In this document: piece by piece, positions 56,249-64,000 of the stretch | How positions within the stretch are numbered: the stretch's first letter is position 1 | How the letters are laid out: each line of letters opens with the position of its first letter | Origin: Campylobacterales bacterium | GTDB lineage: Bacteria; Campylobacterota; Campylobacteria; Campylobacterales; UBA6016 | Direction: 5' to 3' | DNA length: 64,000 nucleotides | Assembly (NCBI GenBank): GCA_050252455.1 | Contig: JBFWKW010000006.1 | Location: 926-64,925, forward strand | The notes under the pieces: generated by a model | Told to the model about the DNA's origin: nothing | Seen by the model: only the letters and a program-made list of their open reading frames with translations | Databases searched by the model: none | Translations under genes and position numbers: made by a program

Positions 56249-57346
56249 CTACTTGTAAAAATTATCTTTTAAAATTTCAATATACCTACGAGTCTGTAAA
56301 TTTAAATCCAATATTATAGATAAATGCTTAGTTTGCTCAATATCGTATTTAATATTTAAAGCTTTAGCAAAAACGCCAGAAAGCTCCGATTCATTCTCAA
56401 ATAAAATTCCGTTTACATCTTTTTTTATAAATTCTGCATTATTCGGTATATCTTTGGCTATTACAATTTTGCACGCAGCCATTGACTCTAAAATACTTTG
56501 CGACAACCCATCTGTGTCTGTATAGCTAATTACATAATCACTCAAATGAATAGCCTCATGCATAAACTCATGCGGGATATGAGCAAAAAATATATCGTCC
56601 ACAAATCTGGTTTTACCAACAATCTCTATGATATCTGCCATATATTTAGGGTCGGCGTTGGAGGTGGAAATAAGCAAAATAGCATCGCTACCGGTTTGTT
56701 TTTTGAAATCCAAAAACGATTCCACTATTTCACGCTTGTGGTAAAATCTGTTCATTGACCTAATGCAAAAAAAAATTTTTCTATTATTTTTTTTAGAGGC
56801 AAGCCAATCCATATAGGTAAAAGTCTTTGAATGGTTTGCAAATCTATTTTCAACGCCCCAGCTTATAATTTTTATTTTTTCCTTATCTAGTTTGTCAAAG
56901 TTTGACAGTAGCATTTCTTTCATATACTCCGATTTAACGGTAATCAACTTACATCTTCTCAGCAACAAATATGTAAAAAACTTTTTCCAGCCACCCGCAT
57001 CCTGCTTGCCATCTATATCGCCGCCCATAGTGTGAACGATTATTTTTTTAGCAAACAAAGACAAGGCAAGACATTGCCAAATTCTACTTGCCCAGTGAAC
57101 CACTATAAGCCTTGGACGATACCTCAAAATAAGCCAAAAAGTGAAAATGGCATTTACAAGATAGCGCAATGTGCGATTTTTGAAACAGTGCGGCTTTATA
57201 ATCTTAAACTCGCTTTTCAAAACTTCTTTGCAATCTGCATTTGCAACTACGATAAGCTCGTCGTCTAGCTCTTTAAGCATAGCTATGCGAGGTGGTATTA
57301 GTGGGCTATTTACATCACCAAAAGCCAAAATCACTCTACAATCCAA
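56249..57346 (-). CDS. glycosyltransferase, GT-B fold (GT4-like)
   Basis: 365 aa. C-terminal E-x7-E-type block 'DGLSQSILESMAACKIVIA'. Confidence 0.7.
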   Translation of the reverse strand: MDCRVILAFGDVNSPLIPPRIAMLKELDDELIVVANADCKEVLKSEFKIIKPHCFKNRTLRYLVNAIFTFWLILRYRPRLIVVHWASRIWQCLALSLFAKKIIVHTMGGDIDGKQDAGGWKKFFTYLLLRRCKLITVKSEYMKEMLLSNFDKLDKEKIKIISWGVENRFANHSKTFTYMDWLASKKNNRKIFFCIRSMNRFYHKREIVESFLDFKKQTGSDAILLISTSNADPKYMADIIEIVGKTRFVDDIFFAHIPHEFMHEAIHLSDYVISYTDTDGLSQSILESMAACKIVIAKDIPNNAEFIKKDVNGILFENESELSGVFAKALNIKYDIEQTKHLSIILDLNLQTRRYIEILKDNFYK

Positions 57347-59108
57347 TATCGGTCAGCAAAACTGAGCCATGTTTGATTTGAATACTTGCAAGCCACTTGT
57401 TCAAAACTACAAAACAAAATCCCAATGTCCCGCCGCCTCGCTCAGACTCGAAAAAATCCCAAAAAGCGGCGACAGACCCATCATCAATAATCCCAAGCCT
57501 GTAAAGATAGGATTGTTCAGACAAAGCATCTTCTAGTAGCCCCCTCCACTCATTTTTCATCCAATAGTCTATAGGCGGGTTAAATCCGTGCTTCGGTCTT
57601 GAAAGTATATCGACGGGCAGCATATCTGAAAAAGCGTTTTTGAGCAGATATTTTGTCTCTTCGGTGGGGAGTAGCTCGTCATACGAAACGCTGTCCGCAA
57701 AGCCCAAAAGTTTAGGCGATACAAAAGCGGCGCGCCCTTCTACTCCATACGCCATAGTCATTCTGTCAAGCTTTGTCATCATCTCGTTTTTGAGATAAAA
57801 CTCCATATCGTGCTTCAAAAACTCTTTAGGCTGTGCCTTCAAAGGATCTTTCACAAGCAGCCTAGTCGAGCTATCGCAACTGTCAAAAAAAATTTTTGAC
57901 AAAAAAGAGCGCTTTTGAGTCTCCGTCACATAGTAATGCCACCCTTTTGGCTTGTCGGCGCTAAAAGCGTTTTGATCTGAATATCTGACCTTTATGTGCC
58001 ATCCATAGCCGCCAAAAATTTCATCGGCACCGTCGCCGGAGAGCAATACCTTAACCCCTTGATTTTTAGCTTCCTTTGCTACCGCCAACACGCCAAGCCC
58101 AGATACTACCGCAAAAGGCTGGTCGGCATAAAGGACAAAATCATCAAGCAACTCTTCAAAATCTTTTGCGCCAACCCGTATAGCCGTATGCTTAGTTTGC
58201 AGTCGTTCGCTTACTTGTATTGCATACTTTGTCTCATCTGCATATCCGGAGTACACGTCATGGTCATCCTCAAAACCAACCGAAAAAGTCGGAAAATCTT
58301 TTTTGGACTCGGCAGCAACGGCACACACTATTGAGCTATCAACCCCGCCCGACAAAAATGCACCGATAGGCACATCGGACATCAATCTATCGGCTATCGT
58401 TTTTTCAACTTTTTGTCTTACAAATTCGTTTATATTTTTTTTATAGTCATCGTCAAATTTGTTTGAATAAGGGGTGATTCTCATCTCATCGCCGTCAATA
58501 AGCAGCGTATGGCCTGGCATTAGCGCGTATATGCCCTCAAAAATTGTGTTCGGTTGCGGCACCCACAAAAAAGAGAAAAAATCCCAAATCGCCTGCCTAG
58601 AAATCCTAACATTACCCATACAACCGCTTGCCAAAATAGACTCCGTAGTCGAACCAAACACAAATGAATCGGCCAATTTTGCATAGTAAAAAGGTTTTTC
58701 ACCGGCAATATCCCTTGCCGCAAAAAGCCTCTTTTGCTTATCGTCCCATATTGCAAATGCAAACATCCCATCCAGTAGCCGAGCGCACTCCACACCAAAC
58801 TTCTCATACAGGCGCAAAACCACCTCCGTATCACTTGATGTTTTGACCGTTAACCCATAGGCAGAGATAAGCTCTTTGTAGTTGTATATTTCACCGTTAA
58901 ATACGATAGCTGCCAATCCATCGTCCGACAAAAAAGGCTGATCGGCCTCAGGTAACGGGTCGATAATGGCAAGCCTTACATGGGCAAGCAGGCAGCCTCC
59001 GAAGTCTTTTATACCATTACCGTCTGGGCCTCTGTGTCCCATGGATGCAATAACATCTTTTGTTTTTGAGCGTTCAAACTCTCCAGTTACGCCAAATATG
59101 CCGCACAT
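57336..59108 (-). CDS. asnB: asparagine synthase family amidotransferase, paralogue 3
   Basis: 590 aa. 'MCGIFGV' Ntn Cys and PP-loop 'AFLSGGVDSS'. Confidence 0.85.
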   Translation of the reverse strand: MCGIFGVTGEFERSKTKDVIASMGHRGPDGNGIKDFGGCLLAHVRLAIIDPLPEADQPFLSDDGLAAIVFNGEIYNYKELISAYGLTVKTSSDTEVVLRLYEKFGVECARLLDGMFAFAIWDDKQKRLFAARDIAGEKPFYYAKLADSFVFGSTTESILASGCMGNVRISRQAIWDFFSFLWVPQPNTIFEGIYALMPGHTLLIDGDEMRITPYSNKFDDDYKKNINEFVRQKVEKTIADRLMSDVPIGAFLSGGVDSSIVCAVAAESKKDFPTFSVGFEDDHDVYSGYADETKYAIQVSERLQTKHTAIRVGAKDFEELLDDFVLYADQPFAVVSGLGVLAVAKEAKNQGVKVLLSGDGADEIFGGYGWHIKVRYSDQNAFSADKPKGWHYYVTETQKRSFLSKIFFDSCDSSTRLLVKDPLKAQPKEFLKHDMEFYLKNEMMTKLDRMTMAYGVEGRAAFVSPKLLGFADSVSYDELLPTEETKYLLKNAFSDMLPVDILSRPKHGFNPPIDYWMKNEWRGLLEDALSEQSYLYRLGIIDDGSVAAFWDFFESERGGGTLGFCFVVLNKWLASIQIKHGSVLLTDIGL

Positions 59109-60275
59109 CTACAGATTATCCAAACTTTTTTCCAATCCTATTGTTCCGTTAATCTTGGAAAAAATACCACCGATAAAATCAATAGAGTGATAATTTTTTG
59201 TAAACTCTCTCGAGGAAGACGCAATATCGCTTAGCAAATTTCTATTGTGGTATGCCCATATAATTTTATTTTTTATGTCACTTATATTGGTATTAATCAA
59301 TGGAAATTCCAAATCAAAATCAAGCGCTGCCTTATAAAACTTAATCAAATCTTCACGCAAATAACATAAAACCGGCTTGCCTGCAGCCATCGCCTCTACG
59401 GCAAACATGCCATACCAGCCTATAACAAACTGGTCTGCAACCAAATCTGCATTTTTGATTTCGGTTAGCACGGCGCTATTTGGAAGTTTTTCCAGCAAAC
59501 GAAGCTCTATATTAAACCCCTCCAGCTTGAGCTCGTCCACAGCTTTAACTAACGCAGGAGTGCCCTTTAGAGCTCTGTGATTAGGGGCATGAACAATAAC
59601 AAAAGTAGATTGAGGCTCGCTCGATAAATCAAAAAAACTGCTATCATCTACAACCACTTGCGAGAAAAGTAGCGTATCCCAATAATACATATAATCAACC
59701 CACTCGCATCCAGCTATTACATGATCGGCATACTTTGACCACAAATCTATTTTGGCTGCTATTTGCCCCCTCTTATACTTATGCGACGGATAATCAATGG
59801 AGTATCCGTGTTTAAGTAGTAAATTCTCAGATCTACTCAAGTCCTGAACATCGGCACCATAAGGCATAACCACTATTTTAACACCCGACAAGGCATACAA
59901 TAGGGGCTCAAAACGCCACAAAATAGCAGAAATACCAAAAGCTCCGCCATTAAAGAATATATAAAGAACTTTGTACTTAAATGCAAATTTAATCATTTTT
60001 AAGTTCAAGCCTATACTACCGTATGTCGCACTTACGACATTATCAAAATCGCTACTATAGTGATATGGATTAAATACAAAAGTTTCGGCACTGTACCCAT
60101 ATCTCTCCAGAGCCTTCTTATAGTGCTTAATTTTTATTAGCGGCATAGGCCCTATGCCGACATCTATTTTTTTTGGCAACAGCCTTGAAAAAATGGCAAC
60201 TACTATCAAAAGGGGCAATATGGCAATCTCAACCAGTTGCCTAACGATGAAAATTAACTGCCATCTAAGATTCAA
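59109..60275 (-). CDS. membrane-anchored putative glycosyltransferase (GT-B-like C-terminal half)
   Basis: 388 aa with an N-terminal TM helix. 'VHAPNHRALKGT' and 'GMFAVEAMAAGKPVL' resemble GT4 donor-binding blocks. Confidence 0.5.
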   Translation of the reverse strand: MNLRWQLIFIVRQLVEIAILPLLIVVAIFSRLLPKKIDVGIGPMPLIKIKHYKKALERYGYSAETFVFNPYHYSSDFDNVVSATYGSIGLNLKMIKFAFKYKVLYIFFNGGAFGISAILWRFEPLLYALSGVKIVVMPYGADVQDLSRSENLLLKHGYSIDYPSHKYKRGQIAAKIDLWSKYADHVIAGCEWVDYMYYWDTLLFSQVVVDDSSFFDLSSEPQSTFVIVHAPNHRALKGTPALVKAVDELKLEGFNIELRLLEKLPNSAVLTEIKNADLVADQFVIGWYGMFAVEAMAAGKPVLCYLREDLIKFYKAALDFDLEFPLINTNISDIKNKIIWAYHNRNLLSDIASSSREFTKNYHSIDFIGGIFSKINGTIGLEKSLDNL

Positions 60276-60293
60276 TTTTATATACCAGCCTTT

Positions 60294-61388
60294 TCATATT
60301 TTCATTTTTTTGATTATTTTTCCGATAGCAAAATATAATCCCTGCTCTGTTCCATAGCAATCATGTTGCTTTATATTAGATGACATATATTTCTCAAAGT
60401 CCTGAGCTGACAATCCAAGCTTTTTACATACAAAATCCATATCTGTTTTTAAATCTATTTCGGATGGATAAGCTATGCCCCTTAACTTCTCCAAAGCTTC
60501 ATCCCTATTCATCTGTCCGGTGCATATAAGAGTTGAAAAATGAAGTTTTCTTTTATCTATGCCAAATTTATTCGGCAATATGTACCCTTGATAAAATCTG
60601 GTAAATATAGATTCATAATGCTTGTAAGGGTATGGTTTAAAAGCAAACTCTTTTTGCAAAAAAGCCATGGCCTCATTTTTATTATAATCTACAAAGTCCA
60701 AAAAAGATATCCATTCTATCTTTTTGACAAACTTGTAATAGTTATACTTTAGAACACTAAAATACGGAAAAGTTTTGCTTTTTACGGTGCCAAATTCTGA
60801 GTGAATGCTTCTTATATTCTTTGCGTCAAATTTAAACCAATTCCACCCATTCGGCATAGCTATTCCTTCGGTTGAACTGTTTGAGCCTGACAGAATATAC
60901 TTAATGCCATACTTTGACGCTTGCGAATAATTTACAGCTAACATGGCATTATCATATAGCAATTCCAAATCTATAACGCCGGCTTTCAAAAAAGCAAGTA
61001 GCATATCTCTGTATTCATCCCAATTTATAACATGCGTGTACAAGTCCACGCCTAGTTTTTCAACTAGATTGGCTATATTGTTTACAGCCAATTCGCTATT
61101 AAATCCATTGTCCATATGCACAGCCAGCGGCCTAAGCCCAACGCTTTTTGCAAGATACAATGAGTAGGAGCTATCTACTCCGCCGCTAACGCCGACGATA
61201 CAGTCATAAGGTTTTCCTTTGCCATCCCTCTTTACCTTCTCCGCAAACAGCCTAAGCTCATTATTTCCAATAGCATTATGAATTGATATTTTTTTCATAA
61301 AATCTGAGCAAAAATTGCACTCCCCTTGCTCATTAAATACTATATTTTTAGCACTTGTATCCATGACACATCTAGAGCATTGATTCAT
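60294..61388 (-). CDS. N-acetyl sugar amidotransferase (PP-loop; WbpG/WbuX type, TIGR03573-like)
   Basis: 364 aa. 'CSRCVMDTS...CNFC' Zn-ribbon and PP-loop 'VGVSGGVDSS'. Confidence 0.82.
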   Translation of the reverse strand: MNQCSRCVMDTSAKNIVFNEQGECNFCSDFMKKISIHNAIGNNELRLFAEKVKRDGKGKPYDCIVGVSGGVDSSYSLYLAKSVGLRPLAVHMDNGFNSELAVNNIANLVEKLGVDLYTHVINWDEYRDMLLAFLKAGVIDLELLYDNAMLAVNYSQASKYGIKYILSGSNSSTEGIAMPNGWNWFKFDAKNIRSIHSEFGTVKSKTFPYFSVLKYNYYKFVKKIEWISFLDFVDYNKNEAMAFLQKEFAFKPYPYKHYESIFTRFYQGYILPNKFGIDKRKLHFSTLICTGQMNRDEALEKLRGIAYPSEIDLKTDMDFVCKKLGLSAQDFEKYMSSNIKQHDCYGTEQGLYFAIGKIIKKMKI

Positions 61389-61462
61389 TATTATCTCCGA
61401 CCTTATTCTGTTCTATATGAATTATGCATTTATCAAACTTATTTCAAGCAGGTCAGTCACTT

Positions 61463-62956
61463 TTAAGAAAAACCTAAAAATACAAGCGCATTGTCCATAT
61501 TGCCTGTTTTTTTCACATCATAACTTTTAATTGTGTTTGTTGCATATTCTGATATTAAAGATATGGCGATATCTTCGGTTTCGGCATACTCCACAAAACC
61601 TTTTTCAATATATTCTTCAAAATTATCAAAACCTGCTCTATCCAAAATAATTGACGGCTTATTAAATATTTTTGCCTCTAAAATAACGCTAGAGGTCATT
61701 GTTATATGGATATCCACCTTGTCCAATATACTATAAAGCGGAACAGCCGAGGCTATTTTTATATTACAAAAGTTGCCAAGCCCCTCTCTTTGTATTGCAG
61801 CCTCAACCTCACTTCCCAAATGAAGTCTACATGGGTGCATCCTGATAAAGTAAAATAAATCATCATTTGCCGCAATGCTGCTTTTTACAAGCGAAATCAA
61901 CCTCTCCGTCTCATTTTCTATCAAGCCGTTATACGTATACAACAAGTTGAAACTTTTACTATCAACAATTTGCTCTATTGGACAACTCATATCTAATTGA
62001 AATTCTTGAAATTTTTCAATATACGGATGCCCGCCAACAACACTGCTATGCGAATGGTTTGCCCATTCATTTACTATTCTGGCTTCTGCATCACTCCAGC
62101 ACCAAAAGTAGTTAGGCAGCATCTCATAGCCACATTCTGGCAAGTTTATCCATTTGCTATATGCCTGATGGTATCCGCCGTAAACACCGTGCTGTATATC
62201 AACAGTTGCAATACCTAGTCGCCTACATGCGATGTTCAAAGCCAGTCCTTCATTGCCATAATAGCTTACAATAAATACGGTCTTAGGCTTGGTTTTAATA
62301 AGTATTTTTTCAAATGTTTTAGCAAAACAAAGAACATAATTAACCTGCCTATTTATATCATCTAGTGAATAGAAGCTATCTGCTATCCCAATTTTTTCAA
62401 AATATTCAACGATGAGGTCAAAATCAGGCAAGCAACTATCTTTCCTGTTAAAACAACCGACCACTAGACTTTTTAATATAGCGATATCAAGTCTTGGCTG
62501 TATCCAAAAGGACTTTGTGAATCTAGGATACAAAAACATATTTAACGGAGATATTAATAGCGTGCTATGGGCATTTGAGTTTAATTTCTCTATTATTGGG
62601 TCACAAAACTTATCATAATATTTGCCATTACGCATTTCCAATGATACGCCGTCACTATAAAACAAGGCATCTATTTGGACAAGTCTACTATTATTTTCTG
62701 CGTCAAAAAAGCACGCTTTTGCATACTTGATGTAAGTTTTAATGCTTGCCGCGATGTGAAGAAAAATTCTTTGCAGATTTGTTTTTTTTATTTTTTGCTT
62801 ATTTATTTTTAATACATTGCTACTAATGAGATTTGTTATGAAGTGAATCCTAATAAGCGGCCACACTCGCGCACCGCCAACGCACCATGTATTTACCCTG
62901 AAATTGGACTCTACGTTGGCTAGAATTTTAAAAATATTCTTTAAATCCATTTTCAA
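61463..62956 (-). CDS. hypothetical soluble protein, possible GT-B-like transferase
   Basis: 497 aa, very AT-rich. No family recognised with confidence. It contains 'IRMHP' (an HP dipeptide like the HP motif of bacterial sialyltransferases) and 'TSSVILEA'. The functional call is speculative. Confidence 0.4.
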   Translation of the reverse strand: MKMDLKNIFKILANVESNFRVNTWCVGGARVWPLIRIHFITNLISSNVLKINKQKIKKTNLQRIFLHIAASIKTYIKYAKACFFDAENNSRLVQIDALFYSDGVSLEMRNGKYYDKFCDPIIEKLNSNAHSTLLISPLNMFLYPRFTKSFWIQPRLDIAILKSLVVGCFNRKDSCLPDFDLIVEYFEKIGIADSFYSLDDINRQVNYVLCFAKTFEKILIKTKPKTVFIVSYYGNEGLALNIACRRLGIATVDIQHGVYGGYHQAYSKWINLPECGYEMLPNYFWCWSDAEARIVNEWANHSHSSVVGGHPYIEKFQEFQLDMSCPIEQIVDSKSFNLLYTYNGLIENETERLISLVKSSIAANDDLFYFIRMHPCRLHLGSEVEAAIQREGLGNFCNIKIASAVPLYSILDKVDIHITMTSSVILEAKIFNKPSIILDRAGFDNFEEYIEKGFVEYAETEDIAISLISEYATNTIKSYDVKKTGNMDNALVFLGFS

Positions 62957-64000
62957 TAAACAAATCGATTAAATCCCAATACTAGCGCCCTAGCATTTGC
63001 TTGTGCATACGAAACAGATTCTACCCTCATGGCGTTTTTTATATGGCTGCGCAATTTGGAATCAGAAATCATATTGGTTACCTTTGAAATGTAGTCTTCA
63101 ATTGACCATCCGGTGTAGTAATCTGACATATAAAGTCCATCATATGTAAAACTATCGGCATTGTCTTTTAAAAACTTTACGGAATGAGGCAAATAATCTT
63201 CGTAGACGGCAAATTTAACCGGCTTATACTCGCAAAAATTAAAATTGCCAACAATGAGATTGTCACCTAGTTCTTCAAAATAAACGTCTGTCAACATATT
63301 AAGAATTTTATTATCAACACCATCCATTAAAATGGCTCTGTCGCCAATTCTATTTTTCTCTTTTGCTGATTTTGTCAGGTATGCAATCGAATCATCCCTG
63401 GAAAGAATATGTTCAATATGTTGAATATTTTTATCATTCATGCACTCAAAATTTTGTACAGAAAATATAATTGCGTATGTCTTTGTGTTTGATTTTATAT
63501 TTTTAAAAATATTCATTTCCGTATCGTTAAGATTGTTTTTTTTACCCGTCCTTATGGATATATATACATTTCCTTTGGCGGCATACTCAAGCATACTCTC
63601 ACCCTGATTCATAGGAAATGTATCACACCACAAATCAATAATATGACCATACACATGAGCATCCACATGCCCAGGCATATAAAACCTATCGGAAATGCCT
63701 AGCTTTTCTACTTTGGCTCTTATACTATCCATATTTCCGCTACCGGCAGCTATAAATATCGTATTTTGGTTTTGACGCATTATCTCGGCTATAGTCTGTA
63801 AATACTCATCGCTATCGACTTTAACAAGCCTACCTATAACACCAAGGATAAAAGCGTCTTTTGGATACATTGACCTCTCGTGCTCTATCAGGCGAGGGTC
63901 TCTATATGGATTATAAAAAGTTTCCGTGTCCATCGGAACGGTAAAAGACTCAAAATCATAAGCACACCCCTGTAAAGCACAGTGAGTAATTTTTTTATCA
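62953..64000 (-). CDS. GT41/SPINDLY-like glycosyltransferase C-terminal domain protein, 5'-truncated by window edge
   Basis: 'FILGVIGRLVK', 'GISDRFYMPGHVD' and 'IIDLWCDTFPMNQGESMLEYAAKGNV' follow the pattern of O-GlcNAc-transferase-like bacterial proteins (DxxLDTFPYxGxTT). The reading frame stays open from 63933 to position 64000, so the N-terminus lies outside the window. Confidence 0.55.
   Translation of the reverse strand, partial: DKKITHCALQGCAYDFESFTVPMDTETFYNPYRDPRLIEHERSMYPKDAFILGVIGRLVKVDSDEYLQTIAEIMRQNQNTIFIAAGSGNMDSIRAKVEKLGISDRFYMPGHVDAHVYGHIIDLWCDTFPMNQGESMLEYAAKGNVYISIRTGKKNNLNDTEMNIFKNIKSNTKTYAIIFSVQNFECMNDKNIQHIEHILSRDDSIAYLTKSAKEKNRIGDRAILMDGVDNKILNMLTDVYFEELGDNLIVGNFNFCEYKPVKFAVYEDYLPHSVKFLKDNADSFTYDGLYMSDYYTGWSIEDYISKVTNMISDSKLRSHIKNAMRVESVSYAQANARALVLGFNRFVY

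Noticed and set aside
58520-58834. 104-aa alternative-frame ORF on the same (minus) strand as asnB paralogue 3, plus neighbouring plus-strand ORFs at 58,474-58,846.
   Set aside because: They lie entirely inside a full-length AsnB-family gene with intact motifs, and their translations are Arg/Trp/Cys/Leu-rich, typical of off-frame reading.
1-64000. CRISPR arrays, tRNA/rRNA genes, IS elements, integrases and prophage genes.
   Set aside because: I noticed no spaced direct-repeat arrays and no cloverleaf-like or rRNA-like sequence in the few intergenic regions. No transposase, integrase or recombinase translation appears in any listed ORF.

Overview
The window looks like a chromosomal segment from a flagellated Campylobacterota-like (epsilonproteobacterial) organism. 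Hints are an HP0958-type zinc-ribbon protein, a CheZ-like phosphatase, an RRM protein and a GlnA with Phe at the adenylylation position; the taxon cannot be proven without a database search. Positions 1-35.9 kb are mostly core genes (waaA, NIF3, glyQ, purE, U32 peptidase, glnA, ABC-F, clpX, cutA, queD, moaA). Four small accessory units are embedded there: (i) a nifB-nifV accessory operon divergent from fdx / nifX-like / clpX, with no nifHDKEN in view; (ii) an orphan LsrK-like AI-2 kinase beside a cupin and a class II aldolase-like gene; (iii) a three-gene radical-SAM / DUF4130 putative DNA modification-repair cassette; (iv) a two-gene unit encoding a Cys-repeat secreted protein and an unusual lipoprotein-TPR::secretin-core fusion. 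The standout runs from 35,968 to the window edge (at least 28 kb): 26 tightly packed minus-strand genes forming a glycan-biosynthesis locus. It combines orthologue-grade WbpB/WbpE/WbpD (2,3-diacetamido-uronic acid route) and a second dehydrogenase/aminotransferase pair with a NeuC/NeuB/NeuA-type nonulosonic-acid route. It also carries three AsnB paralogues, two HisH/HisF pairs, two PP-loop sugar amidotransferases, two methyltransferases, a B12-radical SAM, a SPASM radical SAM, DUF354 and several glycosyltransferases. Its composition is mosaic and becomes very AT-rich toward the window edge. I recognised no rRNA, tRNA, CRISPR array, transposase or integrase. All calls come from reading the translated ORFs and DNA by eye; similarities to named proteins are from memory, not from a search.
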